From Acholeplasma sp. (lineage in GTDB: Bacteria; Bacillota_I; Bacilli_A; Acholeplasmatales; UBA5453), in contig JAVBWN010000012.1 of NCBI GenBank assembly GCA_036677365.1, positions 1 through 64,000 of the forward strand: a stretch of 64,000 nucleotides of DNA. Direction: 5' to 3'. The notes under the pieces were generated by a model. It was given only the letters and a program-made list of their open reading frames with translations. It did not search any database and was not told where the DNA came from. Both the position numbers and the translations under genes were made by a program. Below are positions 18,028 through 28,886 of the stretch, one piece after another. The number at the start of each line of letters is the position of its first letter. The first letter of the stretch is position 1.

Positions 18028-19413
18028 ATGTTAGAAAAAAACAAGCTACAAATCTTATTAGAAGCAGCGCTACAAACCGGTGCTGACTTCGCAGAAATCT
18101 TTTTAGAAGATACCGCATCCTCGGTGATCCGAGTCATGAATGGCGAAGTCACCTCCATTGATCGTGGCAATGTCTTCGGTGCGGGTGTGAGACTCATTCA
18201 AAACAACGATGAAGTGTATGGGTTTACCAATGAAGTATCTTATGATGCTATTTTGAATTTGGTTCAAAATTTGCGTGCTTCCTTTTCTGGACCACTACAT
18301 AAAGCAGTACCTTTGGGTGAAGCCAAACCTTATGTGGATAACATCAAACGTCCAATGGAAAGTGTACCCGTCTCTGAAAAGACGGCTAAGCTTCAAAAGT
18401 TATCCAACATCATCAAATCACATGACCCACGCATCGTTCAAGCAATTGCTCAATTGATTGAAACCAGACAAAAAGTTTGGGTAGCCAATTCAGAAGGCGT
18501 GTACCAAGATGATTTAAGAACGTACACACGCGTGGTGATGATGGCGGCATCCTCTGAAAACGGGTTGATGCAACAAGCATCGGAAGGTCCGGGTCGTTAT
18601 ATGGGATTCGAAATATTCGACGCCTTGGATTTAGAAACATTAGCGAAAGAAGTCGCGGTATCGAGTATCACGTTATTATCCGCAGAAGACATGGTACCTC
18701 AAGTCATGCCAGTGGTATTACACAACGGCTTTGGTGGGGTTATTTTCCATGAAGCGTGTGGACACCCATTAGAAGCCACAGCGGTTGCGAAAGGGCTATC
18801 CCCATTCGTTGGTAAGCTGGGTGAAAAGGTCGGTTCTGACAAGGTCACAGCCTATGATGATGGCGATGTTGAATCGGCTTGGGGTAGATTGTCCTTTGAC
18901 GATGAAGGTAAGCAAACCCAAAAGAATCTACTCATTGAAAATGGCGTATTGAAGGGATATCTCATCGATTACCGAAATGCTAGAAAGATGAAGATGACAC
19001 CGACAGGATCAGGTCGTAGACAATCCTATAAGTTCTCACCAACCTCACGTATGAACTCCACCTATATCGCCCCAGGGACAGATAAGTTTGAGGATATTAT
19101 AAAAGATACCAAATATGGTCTATTCGCGAAAAAACTCGGGGGCGGTACCGTCGTACCAGCCACAGGAGAGTTTAATTTCGCTGTTCAAGAAGGGTATTTG
19201 ATTGAGGATGGAAAACTCACGAAGCCAGTCAGAGGCGCGATGCTCATTGGTCAAGGTAAGGACGTTTTATTTAAGATTGACCGTGTGGCTGACAACCTTG
19301 AATTTGGACAAGGCATGTGTGGGTCATTATCGGGTAGTATCCCAGTCGATGTGGGTCAACCAACCATCCGCGTGTCTTCAATGACCGTTGGTGGTGCAGG
19401 AGGTAAGAAATAA
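18028..19413 (+). CDS. tldD: TldD metalloprotease subunit
   Basis: ADFAEIF, FHEACGHPLE, DDEG, RMNSTY, GMCGS...VGQP; GAGG before ATG 18028. Confidence 0.92.
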   Translation: MLEKNKLQILLEAALQTGADFAEIFLEDTASSVIRVMNGEVTSIDRGNVFGAGVRLIQNNDEVYGFTNEVSYDAILNLVQNLRASFSGPLHKAVPLGEAKPYVDNIKRPMESVPVSEKTAKLQKLSNIIKSHDPRIVQAIAQLIETRQKVWVANSEGVYQDDLRTYTRVVMMAASSENGLMQQASEGPGRYMGFEIFDALDLETLAKEVAVSSITLLSAEDMVPQVMPVVLHNGFGGVIFHEACGHPLEATAVAKGLSPFVGKLGEKVGSDKVTAYDDGDVESAWGRLSFDDEGKQTQKNLLIENGVLKGYLIDYRNARKMKMTPTGSGRRQSYKFSPTSRMNSTYIAPGTDKFEDIIKDTKYGLFAKKLGGGTVVPATGEFNFAVQEGYLIEDGKLTKPVRGAMLIGQGKDVLFKIDRVADNLEFGQGMCGSLSGSIPVDVGQPTIRVSSMTVGGAGGKK

Positions 19414-20723
19414 TGTATCAATCGTGGTTAAAGCTTGGGTTAGACAAAGGTATTTCTGACCTTGAAATATATGCAGTAAAGAACCGTAGTTTAAAACTAT
19501 CGGTCTATCAAAACAAATTGGACCAACACGTTCAAAGCCAAGTAACTTCGGTTACCATCCGTGGTATTTATAACAATAAATTATCTACAGTGCGATTTGA
19601 AAACTTATCACAGATCAATGTAGATCAAATGCTGGATCAGTTGATTGAAAATGCCAAAGCACTCACCGTAGTAGAACCAGCCATTATTTTTGAGGGTTCA
19701 AAAAGTTACCCAGTTGTCGAAGAGGACAAGTTTGATTTTACATCCGTACCAGTCACTGAAAAAATAGAACTCTTAAAAAAACTTGAACAAGGGATTCTTT
19801 CAAACCCATCGGTGGCTCAAGTTCAAACGACCCAATACCAAGAAGTCGAATCCGAAACGACATTGGTAAATTCTAAAGGATTAAACTTATCACGTTTTCA
19901 ATCCTATGCCTATGCTTACGCCATTGGTGTATTTAAAAAAGACGAATCGGATATCCAAACCGCCTATGACATCAAGTTAGCGAAGAAGTTCAGTGACTTT
20001 GATGTGGAAAAGATGATTCAAACAACCTTAGCGATGGGATTAGCGAAATTGGGTGGAAAATCATTACCAACCAAAGCATATCCAGTCATCTTCAGCAATG
20101 AAATGTTTTCTGACATCCTCAATGTATTTGGTAGTATTTTTTCTGGGGAAGCCGCTTTTAGAAATATGACCTCACTGAAAAATAAAGTAGGAGAAAAGAT
20201 ATTTGATTCAAAAATCAACCTAGTTAATGACCCACTTCATAAAGAGGCTTTCTTCAAAGTACCATTCGATGATGAAGGTGTGGCATGTAGTCAACGATAT
20301 GTGGTCAAAGAAGGTGTGTTCACAGGCTTCAACCATAACCTTAAAACAGCCAAAATTTTCAACACTGAACCTACCGGCAATGGCTTTGGTGGTGGCATCC
20401 AAATGTCAAACTTTGTGCTACAACCTGGAAATACTTCATTTGAAGACATGATTAAAGGCATTGAAGATGGTGTTTTAATCACAGATTTGATTGGATTACA
20501 TGCAGGGGTAAAAACCATCTCTGGCGAATTTTCTTTACAGGCCTCAGGTCAAAAGATTGAACAAGGTAAAATTGCACACCCAGTGAAGATGATTGTGGTC
20601 TCAGGCAATTTCTTTGAGATGATGAATAAAGTCGTCACCCTAGGTAGCGATTTGAAGTTTAATTTATCCGGGGTTGCGAGCCCTTCAGTTTTAATTGAAT
20701 CATTGATGATCAGTGGTGAATAA
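19413..20723 (+). CDS. pmbA: PmbA/TldE subunit
   Basis: TAATG-coupled to tldD; PFDDEG, GLHAG...SGEFS; no HExxxH. Confidence 0.88.
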   Translation: MYQSWLKLGLDKGISDLEIYAVKNRSLKLSVYQNKLDQHVQSQVTSVTIRGIYNNKLSTVRFENLSQINVDQMLDQLIENAKALTVVEPAIIFEGSKSYPVVEEDKFDFTSVPVTEKIELLKKLEQGILSNPSVAQVQTTQYQEVESETTLVNSKGLNLSRFQSYAYAYAIGVFKKDESDIQTAYDIKLAKKFSDFDVEKMIQTTLAMGLAKLGGKSLPTKAYPVIFSNEMFSDILNVFGSIFSGEAAFRNMTSLKNKVGEKIFDSKINLVNDPLHKEAFFKVPFDDEGVACSQRYVVKEGVFTGFNHNLKTAKIFNTEPTGNGFGGGIQMSNFVLQPGNTSFEDMIKGIEDGVLITDLIGLHAGVKTISGEFSLQASGQKIEQGKIAHPVKMIVVSGNFFEMMNKVVTLGSDLKFNLSGVASPSVLIESLMISGE

Positions 20724-20749
20724 ACAACAAAACGGCCATATTAGCCGTT

Positions 20750-21205
20750 TTATTCTTGATACACCACTTCGAAATCCTCAAACACAACTTTCATATCTTC
20801 ACTGAACGTATATCCGAGTTCTTTACCTTCATTGGTGAAAAACTTCGTGTGACCTGTTCGCCAGGATTCTAAATTGTCATCTTCGCCTTCTCGTTTTACG
20901 ATGTCGAAGGTGAACTCTTTGAATAGGCGGATGGTGATTTGTTTGGTTTCTACCACACACCTTGGATTACCTGCAAAATCTGTGATGATATTCAAATCAC
21001 CCACTTTTGGGAGAGGTTCATTCCCGATGATGAAAGCTTCATAACTGGATGCTGTGGCTTTCTTTTGTCCGATGAGCACCAGTCTCAACAGTTCATTGGC
21101 CCAGTATTCAGTCAGTTCAAAGTGATATACATCCATATAAGTTGTGTTTTTGTCTCGATGGGTTTTTTGGATGAATCTTGTAAAGAATTCGTTAATCTTA
21201 TCCAT
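20750..21205 (-). CDS. ASCH domain protein
   Basis: LVLIGQKKATAS, PKVGD, EGEDD, W..GH..FF, VVFEDF. Confidence 0.88.
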   Translation of the reverse strand: MDKINEFFTRFIQKTHRDKNTTYMDVYHFELTEYWANELLRLVLIGQKKATASSYEAFIIGNEPLPKVGDLNIITDFAGNPRCVVETKQITIRLFKEFTFDIVKREGEDDNLESWRTGHTKFFTNEGKELGYTFSEDMKVVFEDFEVVYQE

Positions 21206-21280
21206 GAAATCACCTCAAGAATTATTATATCATTTATAAATAAGTATAACGATGTTACAATGTCTATAGGAGTTGATCAT

Positions 21281-21742
21281 ATGATCAGTTTAAGAGAAAT
21301 CAACGAAGATAATTTTAGAACTATTATCCAACTATCGGATACGTTAGATGAATCTCAAAAAAAGTCAGTCGCCCCCAATGTTGTATCGATTGCACAAGCC
21401 TATGTGAATCAAGAACGCGCATGGCCAAGAGCGATTTATTTCAATGAAGAACCGGTTGGATTTGTCATGATTGCTTTACAGGATGATGATATCCCCGAAG
21501 CGGATCAACCTGCCTATTTTCTTTGGCGCCTCATGATATCAAAACCAAATCAAAATCGAGGTTTTGGTAGACAGGTGATTGAAATAATCAAACAAAAAGC
21601 CTTGCAAGACGGCATGAAGTATTTGTACGTGACCTGTACCATGCACGATGTGATGCCATATCAATTTTACATCGATTGTGGCTTTGAAGACACCCATGAA
21701 ATGGATGACGATGAGCAAATCTTAAAGATGAAATTATCATAA
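21281..21742 (+). CDS. GNAT N-acetyltransferase (spermidine/diamine acetyltransferase-like)
   Basis: VAPNVVSIAQAY, WRLMI...QNRGFG, FY..GF; AGGAG before ATG 21281. Confidence 0.88.
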   Translation: MISLREINEDNFRTIIQLSDTLDESQKKSVAPNVVSIAQAYVNQERAWPRAIYFNEEPVGFVMIALQDDDIPEADQPAYFLWRLMISKPNQNRGFGRQVIEIIKQKALQDGMKYLYVTCTMHDVMPYQFYIDCGFEDTHEMDDDEQILKMKLS

Positions 21743-21922
21743 TTACGCCAATATAGGCGGTTTTATTACAAAAATCTTAATTTGTTCGAAATACTTTGAA
21801 GTCATAAGTATTTTGATTAAACGATTCTTAAGTTTATCGTATAATAATTTAGTATAAGAAATGTTATGAATTATAGTGCACACTAAACAGGTGTTTAGTC
21901 ACAGAAATGGTGGTGGATTCAC

Positions 21923-22888
21923 ATGAAAAGTTTATTGACCAACGAAGTAATCACATACCAAAACTTCGAGATGCTTATGAAAGACATTTTGGATTTAGCA
22001 TCACAAATCATGCCAGAAAATACCATTTATATCAATTCCTTGAATGACATTACTCAAGTGACACTGAAAGTAGCGAATAACGACCGTAACATTCGATTGA
22101 ACGAAGGTACGACGATACCGGTTGAGAATGCCATCTGTAATCGAATCGATTATCAAGCAGGCAAACCATTGATTTTTGAAAATATCCGTGAAGCAACCGG
22201 TCTAGAATCGGTTCAATCCACCATTGAATCAATCAATATGGGTGCTTACTTAGGTATCCCTATCGCACTCAAGAATGGCAGTCGATTCGGAACACTGTGT
22301 GCTGCCAATAGTCAAGCTCACCCATTTGACTCAAAAAGTGTGGAACTCTTACAAAAACTAGCTAAGATGTTTGCTTACTATTTAGAACTTGAACATTTGG
22401 CTTATCGTGATTCCTTGACAGGCATTGCTAATCGTCAACAACTATTGAAGTTTTTTGATGACGCACCTTATGAATATGGTACGATGCTGTTGATGGATTT
22501 GGATAATTTCAAAAAAGTCAACGATACCTATGGTCACGATGTCGGTAACCTTGTTTTACAGGAATTCAGTCAAAAGCTGGATGAGTTTGCTAAACAAACC
22601 AAGTATGGGTATCCGATTAGACTAGGTGGGGATGAGTTTGTTGTTATGTTACCACTATGTAACGATATCCAGTTGGTCAATGAAATGACACAACAACTTT
22701 TGGATTCATTAAAGACATGGAACACACCAATCGGTGAGATTCAATTAACGGCCAGTGTTGGTGGCATATTATACAAAAAGGATAAGAGTACACCAATTAA
22801 AAACCTATTGAAACAAGCAGATTTAGCCCTTTATGAAGCGAAAAGAATGGGTAAGAACACCTATAGAATTGTGAATCATAACCTATAA
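21923..22888 (+). CDS. GAF-GGDEF diguanylate cyclase
   Basis: GAF (YLGIPI...FGTLCA); DSLTG, DLDNFKKVNDTYGHDVG, RLGGDEF, ADLALYEAK. Confidence 0.92.
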   Translation: MKSLLTNEVITYQNFEMLMKDILDLASQIMPENTIYINSLNDITQVTLKVANNDRNIRLNEGTTIPVENAICNRIDYQAGKPLIFENIREATGLESVQSTIESINMGAYLGIPIALKNGSRFGTLCAANSQAHPFDSKSVELLQKLAKMFAYYLELEHLAYRDSLTGIANRQQLLKFFDDAPYEYGTMLLMDLDNFKKVNDTYGHDVGNLVLQEFSQKLDEFAKQTKYGYPIRLGGDEFVVMLPLCNDIQLVNEMTQQLLDSLKTWNTPIGEIQLTASVGGILYKKDKSTPIKNLLKQADLALYEAKRMGKNTYRIVNHNL

Positions 22889-23000
22889 AAATGCATAAAA
22901 AATGCGTACAATTGTATGCATTTTTTTATATATCATAAAGGCTACGATGTATTCGATTTGTCGAACTTAGTGTATAATATCATTGGAGCGTTTATAAAAT

Positions 23001-23792
23001 ATGAAAATGATTATTGCTGATTTAGACGGTACTTTGGTCTATAAAAAAGAGATGTCTGAACAAACATGGAATACCATCCAAAAACTTCAACAAAACGGGT
23101 ATTTATTTACCCTCGCTACAGGTCGTCATAAAGACGCCACCAAAGCGATGGTTGAAAAACTACAAGTAAAGCTACCTGTCATCTGTACCAATGGGGCTTT
23201 TATTTATGATTTTGAAAAAGAACACGTGATTCATCAGGATGTGATTGATGAAACGATCGCTTTGAAAGTCATGTCAATACTAGAAGCATCCCAAACCGAT
23301 TATTTGTTATATACGACGCAATCGATTGTTTCAACCAAACAAGCGAAAATAAGACTAGAAGCACGCATCGGGCCTTTCGATTCGATTACCGTAGAAAGTC
23401 ATGCACTAACATCCTATGTATCCTTAGGACTACTGAAAATCCTCATCATTGAAACAGACTCAGTCAAATTTGATCAATTGAGACAAACCTTAAGCCAAAT
23501 TGAAGCGGTTTATGTATTATCTAGCCAAGCATCGTTTATTGATGTTGGTAATAAAATCGCCTCAAAAGGTAGAGCACTTGAAATCTTATGTCAGTATTTA
23601 AGTGTTCCATTGGATCAAGTCTTAGCGATAGGTGACCAAGAAAACGACTTAACCATGGTTCAAAAGGCAGGTCTCGGCATCGCGATGGGCGATGGCGAAG
23701 ACGCGCTAAAACTACAAGCAAAATTTGTCACCAAACCCTTCAAAGAAGAGGGGTTTACACACGCAATTAACACATTCATATTCAAAGACTAA
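23001..23792 (+). CDS. Cof-type HAD-IIB hydrolase
   Basis: DLDGTL, ATGR, SKGRAL, GDQEND. Confidence 0.92.
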   Translation: MKMIIADLDGTLVYKKEMSEQTWNTIQKLQQNGYLFTLATGRHKDATKAMVEKLQVKLPVICTNGAFIYDFEKEHVIHQDVIDETIALKVMSILEASQTDYLLYTTQSIVSTKQAKIRLEARIGPFDSITVESHALTSYVSLGLLKILIIETDSVKFDQLRQTLSQIEAVYVLSSQASFIDVGNKIASKGRALEILCQYLSVPLDQVLAIGDQENDLTMVQKAGLGIAMGDGEDALKLQAKFVTKPFKEEGFTHAINTFIFKD

Positions 23793-23874
23793 ACACGGCT
23801 ATCAACGGTGCTATAAAAAGTGTCGTTGATAAAAATGTGTCCGCATATATAAACAGTGTTTACAAATTAAAAAA

Positions 23875-23907
23875 TGTGGTAAAATAGTATTGATGCAAGC
23901 GGTTACG
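23875..23907 (+). promoter_or_regulatory. Extended -10 plus cre/LacI-like operator of the uxaE operon
   Basis: TGgTAAAAT (23877-23885); TGCAAGCGGTTACG (23894-23907). Confidence 0.55.
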
Positions 23908-23980
23908 CATGCCTCATTTGACAAACTTATGTTAAGCAAGCCTATTTCTTAGGAAATATATACATACGAGGAGAAAAGAT

Positions 23981-25462
23981 ATGTCAAACAAAAAAGTAGA
24001 TTTTTTAAAGGATTTATCCGGATTACAGGGTGTACACGTTTCCAATGTATATCCGAAATCCATCCAAAAAGTAGAAGATACTTGGGTGTTTATGCAAGCT
24101 TCAAAAGACGCAGACGAATTGGTCGCTTACGGCAGATTAGCGTTACAGTTCAAAGGCGTTCAATCTGAAGTTTTAGGGTTACCTGTGGTGATTGCACCAC
24201 TCACCTTTGAAAATGGTCAAGTCTTGAGAAGATTATTCCCTTTCACCAAACCAATCCCTGTTTTAAACAAACAAAGAAGTTTTGGTTTAGGTGACCGCTT
24301 AGGTCTAGCAACCCCAGGCCATGCACGAGTATTTGAACAATACGACGCTTATCCGATTTTCGCTCAACAATCCATCAGAGAACTCACATTAACCCATAGA
24401 ACCTATGAAGATGTTTTAGATGCTGCATCCTTTGGGGCATTTAAGGTTGGATTTACCAGAGGCTTTGGTGCCGATGGGGACCACTTAAAGAAACCAGAAG
24501 ATATCCAATATGCATTATCACTAGGGTTCACCATGATTACGTTAGACGCGAGTGATTACATTCGAAATGACGTCAATCATATGACCGATGAACAAGTCCG
24601 TAGTGAAGTTCAACTCGATGATATGCTCAAAAAGCGTTACATCGGTCACCCGATTCAAATTGAACACAGCGTGGTAGATTTTACTGAAAATGAACTCAAC
24701 CGTTGTGTCTTGGTGTATGGTAAAGCGATTGAATTTGCTGCGAAGATTTATCAAACTTTCTTTATTGATCAAAAAGCGGAAGCGAACTTCGAATTATCGA
24801 TCGATGAAACAGCCACACCTACTACCCCAGTTCAACATTATTTTGTTGCCAATGAGTTAAAGCTTAGAGGGGTTAAATTAGATACATTAGCGCCACGATT
24901 CTGCGGCGAATTCCAAAAAGGCATCGACTATGTGGGTGATATCAAACAGTTTGAAGCTGAACTCATGATCCACGCAGCGATTGCGAGACATTTTGGATAT
25001 AAATTATCGATCCACTCTGGTTCCGATAAATTCTCCATATTTACTTTAATTGGTAAACACACGAGAGGGCATTTCCATGTAAAAACGGCCGGTACGAACT
25101 GGTTAGAAGCGATGCGTGTGGTATCTGCGAAAGCACCAAAACTATATCGTGAGATTCACGCATACGCCATCAGTATGTTTGGTGAAGCACAGAAGTTTTA
25201 TCATGTGACGACCGATTTAAATCGTATACCAAAATTAGAATCACTCAAAGATTCAGAACTACCAGAATTATTCCATAACAATGACGCAAGACAATTGATT
25301 CACATCACTTATGGGTTCATCTTAAACCATAAAGATGCTCAGGGGCAATTCGTCTTTAGAAACCAATTGTTCGCGTTGTGGAGAGTTGAAGCACAAACCT
25401 ATAGCGATATGCTTTATGCCCACATCGGCAAGCATTTAGAGCTTTTATACAAAGGATTTTAG
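23981..25462 (+). CDS. uxaE: Tagaturonate/fructuronate epimerase
   Basis: SFGLGDRLGLATPGH, AQQSIRE, GADGDHLK, ELSIDET, KLSIHSGSDK, HVKTAGTNWLEA. Confidence 0.92.
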   Translation: MSNKKVDFLKDLSGLQGVHVSNVYPKSIQKVEDTWVFMQASKDADELVAYGRLALQFKGVQSEVLGLPVVIAPLTFENGQVLRRLFPFTKPIPVLNKQRSFGLGDRLGLATPGHARVFEQYDAYPIFAQQSIRELTLTHRTYEDVLDAASFGAFKVGFTRGFGADGDHLKKPEDIQYALSLGFTMITLDASDYIRNDVNHMTDEQVRSEVQLDDMLKKRYIGHPIQIEHSVVDFTENELNRCVLVYGKAIEFAAKIYQTFFIDQKAEANFELSIDETATPTTPVQHYFVANELKLRGVKLDTLAPRFCGEFQKGIDYVGDIKQFEAELMIHAAIARHFGYKLSIHSGSDKFSIFTLIGKHTRGHFHVKTAGTNWLEAMRVVSAKAPKLYREIHAYAISMFGEAQKFYHVTTDLNRIPKLESLKDSELPELFHNNDARQLIHITYGFILNHKDAQGQFVFRNQLFALWRVEAQTYSDMLYAHIGKHLELLYKGF

Positions 25463-25483
25463 TATTTTAGGGGAGATTATCAT

Positions 25484-26557
25484 ATGAAATTCAGAGCACA
25501 TAGCAAATACGCACTTGTATCACCATCGTCTATGGGGGTTAGAATTACCCCGATTGATAGACAACCAGTCCATACATCAAGCCTCTTTCAGATGCAAGCC
25601 ACATCGGCTGAAACCAATGTTTTAAGCATCTCTGCAGCGCTTGGACTTAAAACCAAAGTATTGACCAAATTCGTTAAAGATAGCCCCATCGCCTTGCTCA
25701 TTAAAAATGATTTAAGACGTCGTGGGATTGATTTTGAAGGTAAAGAAATCGAACAAGGTGGCCCTTGGGGTTACCGTCACCAATTCAACATCGCCGATAG
25801 TGGCTATGGGATGCGTGGACCACGCGTTCAAAACGACCGCGCTGGTGAAGTTGGAAGAACGATTGCTTTAGAAGACTTTGACTTAAACCGTATTTTTAAA
25901 GAAGAAGGGGTACAGTTATTACATCTGTCTGGACTCATTGTCGCGTTATCCAAAGAAACCAGTGCGTTCTGTTTAGAACTGGCGAGATTTGCGAAAGCCA
26001 ATGGTACAGTGATTTCATTTGATTTAAACTACCGTGCTTCTTTCTGGAAAAACAGAAAAGAAGAACTATCAAAAGTCTTCAAAGAAATTGCCTCATTAAC
26101 CGATATCTTAATTGGTAATGAAGAAGACTTCCAACTGGCTTTAGATGTCCATGGACCTGAAGCTGGTGGTAAAGATATTTCAAAACAAATTGACAGTTTC
26201 AAAGGTTTGATTGATAATGTTAAGAAAGCATTCCCAAACGCATCCACTTACGCAACCACCCTTAGACAAGTTGAAGATGCGAATGAACATTATTGGGGAG
26301 CGATATTGAATCAAGGTTCTGAATGGGTCGTGGTTGAACCAAGACGCATTCGTGTTTTAGACCGCATTGGGGGCGGCGACGGGTTCGTCGGTGGCCTCTT
26401 ATATGGACTTTTAAAAGGATTTTCTTTAGAAAACTGTGCACATTTCGCCTGGGCGAGCGGTGCTTATGTTACAACTATAGTAGAGGACTTCGGTTTGCCT
26501 GCAGATGAAGAAGTCATTTGGAGTATCTATGAAGGCAACGCTAGAGTGAAGCGTTAA
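25484..26557 (+). CDS. PfkB/KdgK-like sugar-acid kinase
   Basis: SFDLNYR, GNEED, DRIGGGDGF. Confidence 0.85.
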   Translation: MKFRAHSKYALVSPSSMGVRITPIDRQPVHTSSLFQMQATSAETNVLSISAALGLKTKVLTKFVKDSPIALLIKNDLRRRGIDFEGKEIEQGGPWGYRHQFNIADSGYGMRGPRVQNDRAGEVGRTIALEDFDLNRIFKEEGVQLLHLSGLIVALSKETSAFCLELARFAKANGTVISFDLNYRASFWKNRKEELSKVFKEIASLTDILIGNEEDFQLALDVHGPEAGGKDISKQIDSFKGLIDNVKKAFPNASTYATTLRQVEDANEHYWGAILNQGSEWVVVEPRRIRVLDRIGGGDGFVGGLLYGLLKGFSLENCAHFAWASGAYVTTIVEDFGLPADEEVIWSIYEGNARVKR

Positions 26558-26568
26558 AGGAGAACATT

Positions 26569-28023
26569 ATGGAAAAACTATCAGACATTGGATTAACCGG
26601 ACTTGCCGTGATGGGGGAAAACCTCGTACTGAATATGGCGTCCAAAGGGTTTCAAGTCACTGCACATGCTCGTCAACAAAGCCGTGTCGATGAATTCTTG
26701 AATACCCGTGCCAAAGGACTACCAATCATCGGGACATCCGATTTAAAAACATTGGTACAATCCTTGAAAAAACCTAGAAAAGTCATGATGATGATCAAGG
26801 CAGGGGACCCTGTCGATCAAGTCATTGAACAATTATTACCGTTATTAGAACCAGGCGATATCATCATCGATGGTGGGAACTCCCACTATCCAGACACCGT
26901 GAGAAGAACCAAATATGTCGAATCCAAAGGGTTCTTATACATTGGTACAGGGGTATCTGGTGGTGAAGAAGGGGCTTTACTCGGACCTTCCATCATGCCA
27001 GGGGGATCCCCTCAAGCATGGCCAACTGTCAAACCAATCTTCCAAGCCATCGCAGCCAAAGTCGCTGATGGATCGGTATGTTGTGACTGGGTGGGCGAAG
27101 ATGGCGCAGGTCATTTCGTTAAAATGGTCCATAACGGGATTGAGTATGGTGACATCCAACTCATCACCGAAGCCTATCATTTGATGAGAAACGTTTTAGG
27201 CATGTCTGCCGATGAAATGGCGGATGTCTTTAAAGCGTGGAACAAGACTGAACTAGACAGTTATTTAATTGAAATCACAGGAGAAATCCTCTCCTTTAAA
27301 GATGAAGATGGTCAACCACTCATCGATAAAATTTTAGACACCGCAGGTCAAAAAGGGACTGGTAAGTGGACGGCAGTACAATCCTTAGAAGATTCAGTAC
27401 CACTAACCCTCATCACTGAGGCTGTGTATGCCCGTTTCATCTCTGCGATGAAAGATGAACGCTTGGTCGCATCTAAAGCGTTTAAAGCTGTACCAATCAC
27501 TTTTAAAGGCGATAAAAAAGCCTTCATTGAAGACATTAAAAAAGCCTTATACGCAGCGAAGATTGTTTCATACGCTCAAGGGTATGCTTTGATGAGAGCG
27601 GCTGCGAAAACCAACAACTGGAATTTAAACTATGGTGGTATCGCATTGATGTGGCGTGGTGGATGTATCATTCGTTCTGTGTTCTTGGGTAAGATCAAAG
27701 AAGCGTTTGAACAAAACCCAAATCTAGCCAATCTATTGTTAGACCCATACTTTAAAGATGTTGTAGAAAACATGACCGGGGCTTGGCGTAATGTCATCTC
27801 CACAGCAGTTTTAAATGGGATTCCTACCCCTGCAATGTCAGCAGCCTTAAACTATTTTGACTCTTATCGAACCGATAAATTGCCAGCCAACTTATTACAA
27901 GCTCAAAGAGATTTCTTTGGTGCCCATACCTATGAAAGAACCGACAAGCCAAGAGGCGAATTCTTCCATACCAATTGGACCGGTCGTGGTGGTAAAACAT
28001 CCTCAACGACTTACAACGTGTAG
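26569..28023 (+). CDS. gnd: 6-phosphogluconate dehydrogenase (decarboxylating)
   Basis: GLAVMG, VSGGEEGA, KMVHNGIEY, QKGTGKW, QAQRDFFGAH. Confidence 0.96.
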   Translation: MEKLSDIGLTGLAVMGENLVLNMASKGFQVTAHARQQSRVDEFLNTRAKGLPIIGTSDLKTLVQSLKKPRKVMMMIKAGDPVDQVIEQLLPLLEPGDIIIDGGNSHYPDTVRRTKYVESKGFLYIGTGVSGGEEGALLGPSIMPGGSPQAWPTVKPIFQAIAAKVADGSVCCDWVGEDGAGHFVKMVHNGIEYGDIQLITEAYHLMRNVLGMSADEMADVFKAWNKTELDSYLIEITGEILSFKDEDGQPLIDKILDTAGQKGTGKWTAVQSLEDSVPLTLITEAVYARFISAMKDERLVASKAFKAVPITFKGDKKAFIEDIKKALYAAKIVSYAQGYALMRAAAKTNNWNLNYGGIALMWRGGCIIRSVFLGKIKEAFEQNPNLANLLLDPYFKDVVENMTGAWRNVISTAVLNGIPTPAMSAALNYFDSYRTDKLPANLLQAQRDFFGAHTYERTDKPRGEFFHTNWTGRGGKTSSTTYNV

Positions 28024-28032
28024 GGGGATTGT

Positions 28033-28884
28033 ATGAGCTATCCATTAAACTTTGATTTATCGAATAAAGTCGTCGTCGTTACTGGTGGCGCAGGTGTTTT
28101 AGGCACAGAATTTTCAAAAGCGTGTGCACAAGCTGGCGGTAAAGTCGTCATTTTGGGCAGAAGTTTAGAAAAAGCAGAAAAACTCGCTGCTGAAATTAGA
28201 AGTTTAGGTCAACAAGCTTTAGCAGTATCCGCAGACGTTTTATCTAAAAGCTCGATTGAACAAGCCCATGAGCTCATCAAAAACACCTTTGGACCTGTGG
28301 ACATTTTAATCAATGGTGCAGGTGGTAATGACCCTAAAGCAACCACATCCGATGAGTATTTCAACCCTCAAGCTTTAGAGACCGAAGGGGCGAAACACTT
28401 TTTCAACATGGATTTAGATGGGTTTAATTATGTTTTTGGACTCAATTTCACAGGATCGTTGATTCCTTCACAAGTCTTTGGCAAAGACATGGTGGGCAGA
28501 AGCGGTTGTAGCATTTTAAATATCTCTTCGATGAGTGCGTTTAACCCACTCACCAAAATCCCAGCGTATAGCGCAGCGAAAGCCGCAATCAATAACTTTA
28601 CCCAATGGATGGCTGTGCATTTCGCCAAAGAAGGCATCCGTGTGAATGCATTAGCGCCAGGGTTCTTCATCACAGAACAAAACCGTAACCTATTGGTGAA
28701 AGCCGATGGTTCTTATAGCGACCGTGCCCATAAAATTGTATCGGCTACACCCATGAAACGCTTTGGTGAACCAGGTGAACTCATCGGTACATTGTTATGG
28801 CTCATCGACCCGAAACAATCCCAGTTTGTTACTGGGGTGGTCGTCCCTGTCGATGGTGGATTTAATGCCTATTCTGGGGTATAA
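28033..28884 (+). CDS. SDR oxidoreductase, probable D-mannonate/fructuronate oxidoreductase
   Basis: TGGAGVLG, NGAGGN, PLTKIPAYSAAKAA, VDGGFNAYSGV; hexuronate context. Confidence 0.82.
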   Translation: MSYPLNFDLSNKVVVVTGGAGVLGTEFSKACAQAGGKVVILGRSLEKAEKLAAEIRSLGQQALAVSADVLSKSSIEQAHELIKNTFGPVDILINGAGGNDPKATTSDEYFNPQALETEGAKHFFNMDLDGFNYVFGLNFTGSLIPSQVFGKDMVGRSGCSILNISSMSAFNPLTKIPAYSAAKAAINNFTQWMAVHFAKEGIRVNALAPGFFITEQNRNLLVKADGSYSDRAHKIVSATPMKRFGEPGELIGTLLWLIDPKQSQFVTGVVVPVDGGFNAYSGV

Positions 28885-28886
28885 CC

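Noticed and set aside
18028..20723. tldD/pmbA as part of a RiPP cluster
   Set aside because: No precursor peptide or YcaO-type enzymes nearby; an ordinary housekeeping pair.
21870..21922. c-di-GMP riboswitch before the GGDEF gene
   Set aside because: Only a short ACTAAACA/TGTTTAGT hairpin; no recognisable class I or II aptamer.
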